64,000 nt of DNA from Desulfomonilia bacterium (GCA_050014195.1 JBEKDT010000004.1:32001-96000); one strand, 5' to 3'. Positions 53,791-64,000 are shown, numbered from the stretch's first letter. Notes: generated by a model not told the origin, from the letters alone. A program made the numbers and translations.

Positions 53791-55431
53791 ATGTCAGCAT
53801 TCCGAGAAATCACCATGGGTAACCTCATCAGAGAGACCGCATCGAAATTCCCTGACAACGATGCACTCGTGTATCCTGACACCAACCTCAGGTTGAGTTA
53901 TCATGAATTGCTTGAAAAAACCAAGGAGGTCGCGAAAGGGTTCATGGCCCTGGGGGTACAAAATAGCGATCATGTCTCGGTGTGGACCACCAATATACCC
54001 GAGTGGGTATATATGCAGTTCGGACTCGGTATGATCGGAGCAGTACTCGTGACGGTGAACACAAACTATAAGTCCAATGAGCTCGAGTACATCCTCAACC
54101 AATCCGATTCCACATGCTTGGTGCTTATGGAGGAATACAGGGATACGAACTTCTATAAAACTACCCGAGAGGTTATCCCTGAGTTAGATACCGCTAAGCC
54201 GGGAAAACTGAGCGCGCCCAAATTACCCAATCTCAAGAACGTAATTTATATCGGCAACAGGAAAGATACCCCTGGGATGTTTTCATTTGATCAGATACTT
54301 GCCATGGGCAAAGGGATATCTGATGAAGAGCTCGCCCGGCGTGAGAAGATAGTTCATTTCCATGACGTTGTGAACATGCAATACACCTCCGGCACTACAG
54401 GATTTCCTAAAGGAGTTATGCTCACCCATTACAATGTCATCAATAATGCACGGATGGTCGGCGATGTCATGGGAATGACAGAAAAAGACCGACTCCTTAT
54501 ACAGGTGCCTCTCTTCCATTGCTTCGGCTGTGTCATGAGCTCGCTCAACTGTATGGTGCATGGCTCCACCATGGTGCTTGTGGAAAATTTCGATTCCGCA
54601 AAGGCATTGAACTACATCGAACAGGAGAAGTGTACAGCGATTAACGGTGTCCCCACAATGTTCATCGCCATCCTAGGTCATGCGGATTTCAGCAAATACT
54701 CGATGAAGACGCTCAGGACAGGCATCATGGCCGGCGCACCCTGTCCTGTTGATACGATGAAACAGGTCATTGAGGTAATGCATTGTCCGGAGGTCGTGAT
54801 CGCCTTCGGGCAGACCGAATCGTCTCCCGTAATGACCATGACAAGAAGAGATGACCCTATTGACTTGAGGGTTGCAACCGTGGGGAGATTGCTTCCTGAC
54901 ATAGAGGGTAAAATAGTGGACCCGGCAACAGGAGAGGATCTTCCTCCCAATGTTCAAGGTGAGATCGTCACCCGAAGCTCTTGCGTCATGAAAGGCTATT
55001 ATAAAATGCCGGATGAAACGGCCCAAGCCATTGACAAAGATGGGTGGCTCCACACGGGCGACCTAGGTACACTAGATGATCATGGGTACTTTAAGGTCAC
55101 TGGTCGAATCAAGGAGATGATTATCCGGGGCGGCGAAAACATCTATCCCAGAGAGATCGAGGAATTCCTCCGTAAAAACCAGAAGGTGATGGATGTCTAT
55201 GTGGTGGGAATCCCTGATAAGAAATATGGCGAGCAGGTCCTTGCAGCTGTCATATTAAAATCCGGAGAACAGGCCACGGACAATGAATTTATCTCTTTCT
55301 GCCAGGGCAAGATAGCTCGTCACAAGATACCAAAATATTGGGAATTCGTGGAAGCGGTGCCCATGACAGCAAGCGGCAAGGTGCAGAAATACAAAATGGT
55401 AGAACAGTACGCCCGAAAGTATATGAATTGA
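53791..55431 (+). CDS. Acyl-CoA synthetase (AMP-forming, ACSF2-like)
   Basis: YTSGTTGFPKG, PLFHCFG, FGQTE, WLHTGD, IRGGENIYP. Confidence 0.93.
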   Translation: MSAFREITMGNLIRETASKFPDNDALVYPDTNLRLSYHELLEKTKEVAKGFMALGVQNSDHVSVWTTNIPEWVYMQFGLGMIGAVLVTVNTNYKSNELEYILNQSDSTCLVLMEEYRDTNFYKTTREVIPELDTAKPGKLSAPKLPNLKNVIYIGNRKDTPGMFSFDQILAMGKGISDEELARREKIVHFHDVVNMQYTSGTTGFPKGVMLTHYNVINNARMVGDVMGMTEKDRLLIQVPLFHCFGCVMSSLNCMVHGSTMVLVENFDSAKALNYIEQEKCTAINGVPTMFIAILGHADFSKYSMKTLRTGIMAGAPCPVDTMKQVIEVMHCPEVVIAFGQTESSPVMTMTRRDDPIDLRVATVGRLLPDIEGKIVDPATGEDLPPNVQGEIVTRSSCVMKGYYKMPDETAQAIDKDGWLHTGDLGTLDDHGYFKVTGRIKEMIIRGGENIYPREIEEFLRKNQKVMDVYVVGIPDKKYGEQVLAAVILKSGEQATDNEFISFCQGKIARHKIPKYWEFVEAVPMTASGKVQKYKMVEQYARKYMN

Positions 55432-55549
55432 TCAAACTGATTATATATCCATGAAGGGGTGTACTTCAAACTGGGCTCACCTGATGGGGAATAGAGTCGC
55501 AACCTTTCTTTCCGGTCTGTCGCGAACTCCTCTACCCTGAACGACCCGT

Positions 55550-57661
55550 TTATTTTTCAAGTTTCCTGATCCTCATGCGTGCATCCAGGGCGCACAGACC
55601 TTTGCCCTTTGAAAAGACCCTGACCGGGTTTATGTCCAGCTCCTCTATCTGGGGGAAGGTAGACATGAGGTGAGAGACCCGCACGACACAATCAATAAAC
55701 GCATCGACATCATAAGAGTCTTTGCCCCGGTATCCCTTGAGAATCGGGAAAGACCGAAGGGTCTCGAGTTTCTCCAGGACCTCTTCCTGGTAGGTCGGGC
55801 ATAGTGAGGCAGCAAAATCCTTAAAGGCCTCAATATAGACGCCACCAATTCCAAAGAAGACCACCGGACCGAAAGAAGGGTCATGCTTTGCGCCGATGAA
55901 CATATCGCATCCATCAGACACCATGGGTACAACACGCACACCCGTAAACCGCGCCTTTTTATTGTGAGCGTAAAGATTCTTCCGGATGGTCCTGAAGGCA
56001 TCATTTGCCTGAGAAGTATCCCTAATGCCCAGTATAACACCCCCGAATTCAGACTTATGGAGGGCATCAGGGGATACGACCTTCATAACAACCGGAAATC
56101 CTACTTTCTCGGCATATTGAACAGCTTGATCTGCATCCCCAGCCACAAAAGATTCCACTCGAGTTAATCCAAAAGCCGCAAGGAGATCGAGGGCCTCCTC
56201 TCCGAAATCACCCGCCCTGCCCTTCGTCCACCTTTGTGCCTTGCGCATTTGTACATTGCCTGGCATTTCCAATCTCTTGGGTGGTCTCGATTTATCTTGA
56301 TGGAAATTCATCTGCGCAGCCATGGCCCTGACCATTTCTTCAGCACTGTTGAAGATCGGGAAATTCACTGTCCTCTTAGTCTGGAGTATCATCCTCGATG
56401 GTCCGAAGAGACAGATAGCAAGGGGTTTGCCTGAGGAAAGGATCGTCCCCCAGGCCTCTTTTGACATATCAGTTAAGAACATCCGGTAGAACACATTTTC
56501 TCCCACCGGCATCTGGGGGCGCTGTCCCACATAAAGGACTCCGTCCACCTCATCACTATGCATGACTGAATAGATAACATGGGCCGTCAACTGCGGGTCA
56601 TAGATATCCCCCATGTCCAGCGGGTTGGAGAACTGTATCACACCGGCATTGGAAAATTTCTGCAACCCTGTATAGAAATCCTGCCCGGGGTCTGCAAAAG
56701 TGAAACCTATCTTCTCGCAGAGATCAGCGGTTATAACAGAAAATCCCCCAGCCGGGCTCATGACCATGACCTTCTTGCCCTTCATGGGGGGGAGCTGGAA
56801 TGCCTTCACCACAGCAATGAAATCATGGTAGTTGTGGATACGGATAACACCAGCCCTTTTAAAGGCAGTATCTATGATTGTCTCATCATTGCTCAAGGCA
56901 GCGGTATGGCTCATGGCCGCCTTTTTCCCGGCAACTGTCGTATTTGACTTCATGACTACGATGGGCTTTTCGCTTTGCATGGCAATTTCAATAAATCTCT
57001 GCCCCCTGTCTATGCTCTCCAGATAGAGACAGATGATCTTGGTGGCAGGATCAGAAATAAGGTATTCGAGGAAGTCAACCTCATCGAGATCAAGCTTATT
57101 CCCGATGCTCGCAAACTTTGCCATACCGATGTTCTCATCAACAAGGAAGTTAAATAACATGAGGGCAACCCCTCCACTCTGGGATATTACCGACATGCCG
57201 CCTTCAGGTGCCTTATGGAGAGGGACAAAGGGCAGGCACAGACCATTAGCCGTATTGGCCACTGTCACACCATTGGGCCCCACAAACCTGATTGCATATT
57301 GACGGGCCTTCGAGAGGGTCATCTCTGAAAGCTTCCTCCCCTCTTCACCAAACTCGGAAAACCCTCCACTTGAGATCGCCATCCGGTTGATACCGAATTT
57401 GCCGCATTGCTCAACCACATCAGGGACGAACCTGGCAGGTATAAGGCAGTATGCCAGATCCGGCACTTCGGGAAGATCTGTAAGATCATGGTACATCTTG
57501 ATGCCATCTACATGCGCATCCTCGCTTTTCGCGTTTATTCCGAAGATCCTGCCCCGATACCCCCAGCGAAGCATATTCTCAAGGGTAATCCGGGGAATAT
57601 TGTTGGGTTTTGAAGAAAGCCCGAAGATTGCAATCGATTCAGGATAAAAAAACCTTTCCAT
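55550..57661 (-). CDS. ADP-forming acyl-CoA synthetase family (fused alpha/beta)
   Basis: GPNG, SQSGG, SIGNK, SHTAAL phospho-His, NPLD, HKSEFGGV, ELDINP. Confidence 0.9.
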   Translation of the reverse strand: MERFFYPESIAIFGLSSKPNNIPRITLENMLRWGYRGRIFGINAKSEDAHVDGIKMYHDLTDLPEVPDLAYCLIPARFVPDVVEQCGKFGINRMAISSGGFSEFGEEGRKLSEMTLSKARQYAIRFVGPNGVTVANTANGLCLPFVPLHKAPEGGMSVISQSGGVALMLFNFLVDENIGMAKFASIGNKLDLDEVDFLEYLISDPATKIICLYLESIDRGQRFIEIAMQSEKPIVVMKSNTTVAGKKAAMSHTAALSNDETIIDTAFKRAGVIRIHNYHDFIAVVKAFQLPPMKGKKVMVMSPAGGFSVITADLCEKIGFTFADPGQDFYTGLQKFSNAGVIQFSNPLDMGDIYDPQLTAHVIYSVMHSDEVDGVLYVGQRPQMPVGENVFYRMFLTDMSKEAWGTILSSGKPLAICLFGPSRMILQTKRTVNFPIFNSAEEMVRAMAAQMNFHQDKSRPPKRLEMPGNVQMRKAQRWTKGRAGDFGEEALDLLAAFGLTRVESFVAGDADQAVQYAEKVGFPVVMKVVSPDALHKSEFGGVILGIRDTSQANDAFRTIRKNLYAHNKKARFTGVRVVPMVSDGCDMFIGAKHDPSFGPVVFFGIGGVYIEAFKDFAASLCPTYQEEVLEKLETLRSFPILKGYRGKDSYDVDAFIDCVVRVSHLMSTFPQIEELDINPVRVFSKGKGLCALDARMRIRKLEK

Positions 57662-57859
57662 GTCCACCTCCATGATTCAGTAAAGATTCGGCCGCCACTT
57701 TCTTTAGGTATCGTGAAGTCCATGCATTGTTGCTTAAGGAAGCAGTGTAATAACTATAATCCAAAGAAATAAGCTTTGGAATGAGATTCCTGTATAGTAT
57801 TAATGAAGTGAAAAGGATTTGCGGGTGCAGGCACATACTGAGCCAACACCCGCATCTGG

Positions 57860-59725
57860 CTATGAGGAGAAACTTTCTTCCGGTATCTCGAAGATGGACA
57901 TATCTTCGTTCTTGATGGCCTTCACCGCAGCATCCACCTCAGGGAGCACATTCCTGATGAAATACTGGGCACCGGCAACCTTGCCCATGTAGAACGCAGC
58001 ATCCTTGTTGGATTTTGCAAGGCCGGCCAGTGCTGTTTTATCGGCAGGATCAATACCGTTCTGTTTGGCAAGCCCATCCAGCTTCTGTTTGGCTACACCG
58101 GCTTGCCATAAGAGGGACCAGCCGGATACCACCTTTCCCATCATCATGAGGAAGGGGTAGGCATTGCTTATTGGAACAAGGAATTTACCTGCCTTACCAC
58201 AATTCGCCAAATAAAGACCCATATCAGCAAGTGCATTCACACCGGCCTGGACTTTGTCGGCAAGATCCTTCAACTCATTGATGTTCTTATATTCCGTCAC
58301 TGTTGCCCCCATGAGGCCCAGCATGTTCATGAAATATGTGCCCTTTTTCATGCCAAGTTTCCTTCCGATGAGGTCCAGGGCCTGGATACCGTTCGCCCCT
58401 TCATAGATGGATGCGATCTTTTCATCGCGCATGAACTGTTCCACTGGGTACTCGCTGCAGAATCCATATCCGCCATAGCACTGCATGGCGGTCTCCGTCA
58501 CCCTGAACCCGATGTCCGAGCTGTAGGCCTTTACGATGGGGGTGAGGATCTCGGCATACCCGAGCCATTTGTCTTTTTCCGCCTCATCTGCTGCGATTTT
58601 GTGCATGTCGAAACAGTATGCAGTGAAATAAGCAATGGCCCGCAGGCTGTCCACGTTGGACTTCATCCACAACAGCATCCTCCTCACATCGGGGTGCTGG
58701 ATAATGGGAACCCGAGGCGCCTGCGGGTTCTTCATTTCCATAAGGGATGAGCCCTGGAGTCTCTGCTTCGTATACTGAAGCGCATGCAGGTAGGCAATGG
58801 ATGCACTGCAGAGGCCCTGCAAGCCAACGGCAAGCCTGGCCTCATTCATCATCTGGAACATGATCTTCATACCCTGCATCTCTTCTCCAAGCAGCTCTGC
58901 ATAGCAGTTGTTGTTGTCACCAAAATTGATCAGGCATGTGGCGCTGCCATGGATGCCCATCTTCTCTTCAATCTTGGCGATCTCGTAATCGTTGCGCCGG
59001 CCGAGCGTTCCGTCCTCGTTGACAATATACTTTGGAACTATGAATATTGAAATTCCCTTGGTCCCGGCAGGGTCACCCTCGATCCTGGCGAGAACAGGAT
59101 GGATGACATTCTCCGTGAGATCCTGGTCTCCGGCTGTGATAAAGATCTTCGTACCCTGAATCTTGAAGGTCCCATCGCTCTGCCGGATCGCCTTCGTACT
59201 CAGATTTCCCACATCCGTGCCTGCATTGGGCTCGGTCAGCGCCATGGTCCCGCCCCAGACGCCCTGGATCATTTTTTCCATATACTTCTTTTTCTGTTCC
59301 TCGGTCCCATAAGTCAGGATAAGGTGGGCCGCACCCTCAGTGGCAAACGGATACGCTATGAAGGCGAAGTTGTGGTAGAACCACTCGATAGCGGCGTACT
59401 TCACGCTTTCCGGGATCCCCTGGCCGCCTTCATCAGGGGAGAAAGACATACCTATCCATCCGCCTTCGCAGAACAGTTTGTATGCACGGTGGAAACATTT
59501 CGGCACGTAGACTTGACCATCTGCGAGCTTGCACCCCTCCTTGTCGCCCTGGGCAAGTGTGGGGAGGATCTCATCCTCTGCTATCTTCCGGGCCTCGGTA
59601 AGAATCATATTGAAGGTCTCTATCGATAAGTCCGCATACTTCGGATGCTCGCAGACCTTTTCCACTCCGAGCATCTCATAAAGAACAAACTGCTGGTCTC
59701 TTTCATCTAAAATCATGCTTGCCAT
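57860..59725 (-). CDS. Acyl-CoA dehydrogenase (long form)
   Basis: MALTEPNAGTD, GTKIFI, EEKMGIHG, GGYG, IYEGANGIQ. Confidence 0.95.
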   Translation of the reverse strand: MASMILDERDQQFVLYEMLGVEKVCEHPKYADLSIETFNMILTEARKIAEDEILPTLAQGDKEGCKLADGQVYVPKCFHRAYKLFCEGGWIGMSFSPDEGGQGIPESVKYAAIEWFYHNFAFIAYPFATEGAAHLILTYGTEEQKKKYMEKMIQGVWGGTMALTEPNAGTDVGNLSTKAIRQSDGTFKIQGTKIFITAGDQDLTENVIHPVLARIEGDPAGTKGISIFIVPKYIVNEDGTLGRRNDYEIAKIEEKMGIHGSATCLINFGDNNNCYAELLGEEMQGMKIMFQMMNEARLAVGLQGLCSASIAYLHALQYTKQRLQGSSLMEMKNPQAPRVPIIQHPDVRRMLLWMKSNVDSLRAIAYFTAYCFDMHKIAADEAEKDKWLGYAEILTPIVKAYSSDIGFRVTETAMQCYGGYGFCSEYPVEQFMRDEKIASIYEGANGIQALDLIGRKLGMKKGTYFMNMLGLMGATVTEYKNINELKDLADKVQAGVNALADMGLYLANCGKAGKFLVPISNAYPFLMMMGKVVSGWSLLWQAGVAKQKLDGLAKQNGIDPADKTALAGLAKSNKDAAFYMGKVAGAQYFIRNVLPEVDAAVKAIKNEDMSIFEIPEESFSS

Positions 59726-60022
59726 CTTAATCCCCCTCCTGTTGGTTTATCATACACCTCGTTGTGGTGTAATTTTCTCATAAAGTCGCCTCAGTATACG
59801 AATCTAATACTTTGTATGACAGACTTATGATGCAGTGCTTAGTATTCAACGATTTGACAAATGAATCAAGCATTCTTTTCTCATCATCTTTTACGATGAG
59901 ATTTTCATATCGAAGAGATATTCCCGGATGCAGGGTCTGTGGATCTCTATCAGGCAAGATACGTTCAGGTAATTTGAGGAGAGGGGAGATTACGACCTCG
60001 ATCGTTTCCGTAATCTTGATAC

Positions 60023-60050
60023 AAAAAAAGCCGGGGTGTTGCCCCGGCTT
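60023..60050 (-). terminator. Rho-independent terminator of the porin gene
   Basis: AAGCCGGGG/CCCCGGCTT stem with T7 tract on the minus strand. Confidence 0.8.
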
Positions 60051-60074
60051 CTTCACTATTTCTAGACAATATTC

Positions 60075-61235
60075 TCAGAAGTCGATCTGCCACTTTGCAC
60101 CGGCATAGGTTGCCTTGCCCATCTTTAAGCCACTATCGTTATCGTTCTGGTCAAACACACCGACCTCGGGGACAACAAAACATTTAGCACCTTTTGTCTC
60201 TGCGATCGGGACAACAGCCTGCAGATAGTAGGACTGGCCCTTTATTTTGGGGGCACCGCTCTCATCATACTGTGAATAGGTAAACCCATAACCCGCTTCA
60301 ACCGTTACTTTTTGTATTTTAGCACCTACAACGCCTGCAACGCCAAAGTCCTTCTCGTTCGTGACATCACCGGTCGTCGCATCGATCAATGCACCTTGTC
60401 CGGTTACCTGGGCAACACCCATCGAGGTGGCATTCCGTCCGTACCATATTGATGCACCGCAGAATACCGGGTCGATGTTTGCACCGCCACCAATACCGAT
60501 AGTATAGCTGTTCACCTTTGTATCAACGGTTGTTGTGGTTGAACCTGTGGTCAAATCCTTGACCTTGAATGTGCCCGCTCCACCGTAGACATCGCCATAG
60601 AACTTATCCATGGAAAGGTGATACTGCACCTCCAGGTGCGGCAGAAGGGTCTCATACGTAGCTGTTGCACCTGTCAGTGCGACAGTTGGGCTTGTTTTCA
60701 CGAGCTGCACGGTGAGCCCTTTATAGGCCATCTGTACCAGGGGAGTAAAGCCTTCGTCGATGAAGCCCCAATCCTGCAGGTCGGTGTCTGGCCCATAGGG
60801 ATTCCCGGCCTGGTTGCTGTAGGTGAAGTTTGTGAATATGGTCTCGCCCTTTCCAATAAGGAAACTTACATCGCCGCACTGGTAGCTGCCAAAGGCATGC
60901 CTTATAGAAACGGCATCACCAGAAGAATGCAGTCCAAGCAGAAGATCTCCGCCCAGGTCGCCGTGCTTTGCAGTCAACCCGATACGTGAATTCCCCTGCA
61001 TATCCCAGATGGTGGTCTTGTTATCATCATTAAAGAGTCCACCCGCACCTGCATCGCCTGCAGAGTCCTTTTGATAGAAGGTCCCGAACCGGGCGCTCCC
61101 GTATATCGTCCAAGTCCCGATGGTGTCTTCCAGTGCCTGGAGCCGCTCTTCAACCGTCTTGTCAGCAGCTGGAACAGGAGCGGGAAGGACGAAGACCAAG
61201 CCTGCCGCCAGTAGAAATACAATTAATTTCCTCAT
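60075..61235 (-). CDS. Outer membrane beta-barrel porin-like protein
   Basis: Signal peptide, short coiled coil (VEERLQALE), YGSAR and SRIG strands, C-terminal WQIDF. Confidence 0.8.
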   Translation of the reverse strand: MRKLIVFLLAAGLVFVLPAPVPAADKTVEERLQALEDTIGTWTIYGSARFGTFYQKDSAGDAGAGGLFNDDNKTTIWDMQGNSRIGLTAKHGDLGGDLLLGLHSSGDAVSIRHAFGSYQCGDVSFLIGKGETIFTNFTYSNQAGNPYGPDTDLQDWGFIDEGFTPLVQMAYKGLTVQLVKTSPTVALTGATATYETLLPHLEVQYHLSMDKFYGDVYGGAGTFKVKDLTTGSTTTTVDTKVNSYTIGIGGGANIDPVFCGASIWYGRNATSMGVAQVTGQGALIDATTGDVTNEKDFGVAGVVGAKIQKVTVEAGYGFTYSQYDESGAPKIKGQSYYLQAVVPIAETKGAKCFVVPEVGVFDQNDNDSGLKMGKATYAGAKWQIDF

Positions 61236-61480
61236 ACTCTCCTCCTCGTATTTTTTCTGATTTCTATTCTAGATTTTTCTCTCGTTACTCCCTCTGAATT
61301 CTCTTGTTAAACCACCTGCAATTACGTGTCAATGAAAGATCAATGTATTGTTCATCGGATGTGAAAGCATATAAATATATTTACCGATTATTAACACATT
61401 TGAAACCTTTCTTGAATGCTCCTCATACAATTACGGTTACCCTTGGGCTGCATAAGTGCATAAGGATTTCTCTCAATATG

Positions 61481-61497
61481 AGCAAACATCGTACCAA
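61481..61497 (-). promoter_or_regulatory. Sigma54 promoter upstream of the porin gene
   Basis: Minus strand TTGGTACGATGTTTGCT (GG-N10-GC, TTGC). Confidence 0.7.
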
Positions 61498-61578
61498 ACC
61501 GTTTTACCTGCCACGAATGATTATAATATTTGATAGTTATAAATAATAAAGCCCTAATTCAGCTAAAACGCCCACCTA

Positions 61579-61633
61579 TAAAATGATACAAACTTGAGAC
61601 ATTCCATTAAAATGATGCAAACTTGAGACATTC
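61579..61633. promoter_or_regulatory. Tandem 26-bp imperfect palindromes, putative enhancer (UAS) sites
   Basis: TAAAATGAT(A/G)CAAACTTGAGACATTC twice, 29-bp period, 80-135 bp upstream of the sigma54 site. Confidence 0.65.
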
Positions 61634-62052
61634 TGTTTTTTTCCTACTACACAATCAAACTTTATACATAAGCAGAGAAAATTCATATATCTTACTTGGG
61701 TCTGGAGGCGACCAGATCAGGCAAGAGATCTCTTCAAGAATATGATCGGCAAGACCTATACCGCGAGTCATAACTCTGCACGATATCGATGCAATTATGC
61801 ATTTAGCATGCACTATTGCATCAGTGCAAATATGTCTCCTCTCCTTTTTGTGTAACCTCCATTTGTGATTAATATCCCAATGCATCAGTAGGAATTTTCT
61901 GACTGTCTTGGGGTGATCCAAGCTTTTATCGAAGTCTTGCTCCGTTCCTTGACAGGGTAGGACCGTTTGGAATTCATTTAAAACTTGGTGTCATTAATCT
62001 TCAGTAGTCAGCATGCTTGACATCTTGAGGATGATCCAGAATAATTGCCATA

Positions 62053-62430
62053 ATGAAACAGGTCCTGATCTCGACCAATGATATCACCATCCAAGCATCT
62101 CTGCACGATACGCCCACTGCCCGGGAACTATGGAAGATCCTCCCTATTAAAGGAATTGTTAATGTATGGGGAGAGGAGATCTATTTCATAATCCCATTGA
62201 AAATGGATATCGAGCCCGGGGCCACCCAAGATATGGAAGTGGGCACCCTCGCCTACTGGCCAACAGGCCCTGCCCTGTGCATCTTCTTCGGACCTACACC
62301 GGTCAGCACTGATATGAAGCCTCGCGCTTACAGCCCGGTGAATATCATCGGCCGAACCATTGATAGCCCCCTCCCCTTGAAGTCGGTCCCGGACGGTGCG
62401 AAAATCCTCATCAAGGCCATTAAAGAGTGA
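62053..62430 (+). CDS. Cyclophilin-like fold protein (DUF369 type)
   Basis: WGEEIYF, LAYWPTGPALCIFFGPTP, SPVNIIG. Confidence 0.85.
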   Translation: MKQVLISTNDITIQASLHDTPTARELWKILPIKGIVNVWGEEIYFIIPLKMDIEPGATQDMEVGTLAYWPTGPALCIFFGPTPVSTDMKPRAYSPVNIIGRTIDSPLPLKSVPDGAKILIKAIKE

Positions 62431-62461
62431 ATCTGTTTTTTGAGAAATCAAGGAGGACAAA

Positions 62462-62791
62462 ATAAAAATAACCGGAGATGATAAATACTGTGTTATCCTC
62501 TGCACCTGCCCGAACGATGAACATGCCGAGAAACTTGCCCGATCCCTTGTAGAACACAAGTTCGCCGCATGTGTCCAGATAACCCCGGTCAGGAGCTTTT
62601 ATGAATGGAAAGGGGAGATCTGCAAGGATGAAGAGCGGCTCCTCATGATAAAGACCAAGACAGTATTTTATGACAAGATCGAGGCTTTCGTCACCATGAA
62701 CCACCCGTACGAAGTACCTGAGATCGTGATGTTGCCTATAACCGGGGGGCTTGAAAAATATTTCAAATGGATCGAGGGCATATGCACATGA
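62462..62791 (+). CDS. cutA: Divalent-cation tolerance protein CutA (absent from ORF track; apparent ATA start)
   Basis: YCVILCTCP...AACVQI...SFYEWKG...E.LLMIKT...HPYEVPEI...YFKWI; AAGGAGG RBS at 62450-62456. Confidence 0.85.
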   Translation: MKITGDDKYCVILCTCPNDEHAEKLARSLVEHKFAACVQITPVRSFYEWKGEICKDEERLLMIKTKTVFYDKIEAFVTMNHPYEVPEIVMLPITGGLEKYFKWIEGICT

Positions 62792-62899
62792 GCATAGGGT
62801 TTGTTCCTTGACACACTCATGTCGTTCCCGTATCGTTGGGCTTAAGGGATTATGTATGTTTGAGGGCGGAATCTCCTGATATCATTATGCAGGGGGACT

Positions 62900-63646
62900 A
62901 TGATCATCAGCTTTGTTCAGACCAAGGGCGGTACCGGTAAAAGCACACTCGCATTAAATACCGCCTTCTCGAAACATATAAATAAAAAGTTCCGGACCAT
63001 TGCACTTGTAGAACTTGACCCCCAGGGGACTCTGCGGACCTGGTGGGGAGAGCGGGCCGAGCTCGGAAAAAAATCCGGGAATGTATCCTTCCACCACATA
63101 TCCAGCACCCAGAAAGAGGTCTTCGCCGATGGTATCAAATCCATTACCGCTTACAATGACCTCATCATCATGGACATCCCTGGTGAGAGTACCGGCAAGC
63201 TCCATACCCGGTTTGCCTGCGCCGTCTCTGATCTGGTTGTCATTCCCATGAGGACCTCAACCAACGATGAGGCGGCATTCGCAGACAACCTCTATCCCAT
63301 TATCAAGGAGATCATCAAGGTCGATCCCAAGAAGAAGGGCAGCTTTTATGTGCTCCCGTCCTTCACCCATCCCAAGGCCAATACACAGACCATCATTGAG
63401 TATTTCACCGAGATCCTCCCTCAGAATGTGGGATGTCTTCATGCCATCTATCCCGACAGATCGGTTTATGAAAATTTCAACCGCGAAGGCTGCACCCTCC
63501 ATGAATATACCCTCTCGGTCAGCACGAATAAACGGCACTACAAGCAGGCTTTTATGGCGATCAACGACATGGAGGAGATCGCCACGACCATATCCGGAAT
63601 AGTGGAGAGTGCGCATGTCATTGCCCAAAAAGCGAAAAAGGCTTGA
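62900..63646 (+). CDS. ParA-family ATPase
   Basis: KGGTGKST deviant Walker A, LDPQG, IMDIPG. Confidence 0.88.
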   Translation: MIISFVQTKGGTGKSTLALNTAFSKHINKKFRTIALVELDPQGTLRTWWGERAELGKKSGNVSFHHISSTQKEVFADGIKSITAYNDLIIMDIPGESTGKLHTRFACAVSDLVVIPMRTSTNDEAAFADNLYPIIKEIIKVDPKKKGSFYVLPSFTHPKANTQTIIEYFTEILPQNVGCLHAIYPDRSVYENFNREGCTLHEYTLSVSTNKRHYKQAFMAINDMEEIATTISGIVESAHVIAQKAKKA

Positions 63647-64000
63647 TGAGAACCCGACTTTTGACAAAGGAAAGCGAGACCCCAATCATGTCTCAAGCCG
63701 GGATATAAACCCGGGTAAAACGAATGAACGGATACTTAAGGATTCTCCGAGAAGCAAGCAGATGCTCAAGGCCTTTGAGATAGTCGAGCATATCGAACAT
63801 GTCCATGAAACACCTGACCATAATGAGCCGAAACCTGCCGGCACGACATTCGGATCATCCAAGGAAACCCAGGTCTCTTCAACCCCGGATGGGCTCCGAG
63901 TACGAGTATCCTTCGGGCCTGACTCATCCAAGAAGATTGAACCCGATACCGAAACAGGTAGTGCTGCCATGCCCGTAATAGAGGTGAAGCTCAAGATCCC
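63615..64000 (+). CDS. Hypothetical protein overlapping parA, truncated by window edge
   Basis: ATG 63615 (MSLPKKRKRLDENP...) after GGAG; frame open to the window end. Confidence 0.6.
   Translation, partial: MSLPKKRKRLDENPTFDKGKRDPNHVSSRDINPGKTNERILKDSPRSKQMLKAFEIVEHIEHVHETPDHNEPKPAGTTFGSSKETQVSSTPDGLRVRVSFGPDSSKKIEPDTETGSAAMPVIEVKLKI

Noticed and set aside
59778-60108. Short ORFs between the acyl-CoA dehydrogenase and porin genes
   Set aside because: They run through the terminator hairpin and promoter region; no RBS or motif.
61579-61633. Mini-CRISPR or iteron array
   Set aside because: Only two units with a 3-bp gap; the position upstream of a sigma54 site fits enhancer boxes better.

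Overview
Chromosomal window from an anaerobic, flagellated bacterium, probably deltaproteobacterial (Desulfobacterota-like; inferred from gene content only). From left to right: (1) 1-7.6 kb, housekeeping genes (PilZ protein, UDP-glucuronate epimerase, HAD nucleotidase, yebC-ruvCAB, lytic transglycosylase, antiporter). (2) 7.8-16.5 kb, a BaeSR-like two-component system with a MacAB-TolC-type efflux operon; four nearby promoters share an 11-bp-periodic TCTCCACA box. (3) 16.5-37.2 kb, a mosaic accessory region. Almost every intergenic gap from 18.5 to 33.9 kb carries a short A-rich/GWCCCC site, often as an inverted pair. The region also holds duplicated and 5'-truncated gene copies (PIN, Fic, a Trp/Tyr-rich secreted protein) and ends in an AT-rich putative defence island: TIGR04141-like protein, stand-alone colicin E3-like RNase, small acidic partner and ImmA/IrrE peptidase. 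(4) 37.3-42.6 kb, a complete minus-strand rRNA operon (16S-tRNAIle-tRNAAla-23S-5S). (5) 43-64 kb, fliS and a fliT-like gene, maf-glpK-mlaE, AOR plus ferredoxin divergent from TetR and an N-terminally extended glycyl radical enzyme, acyl-CoA genes, a sigma54-type porin locus, a cutA with no canonical start codon, and parA. Best candidates for new biology: the GWCCCC-punctuated cassette-like array, the colicin-E3/IrrE module, and the SCP2-like-GRE/AOR locus. All family calls are by eye from motifs; no searches were run.
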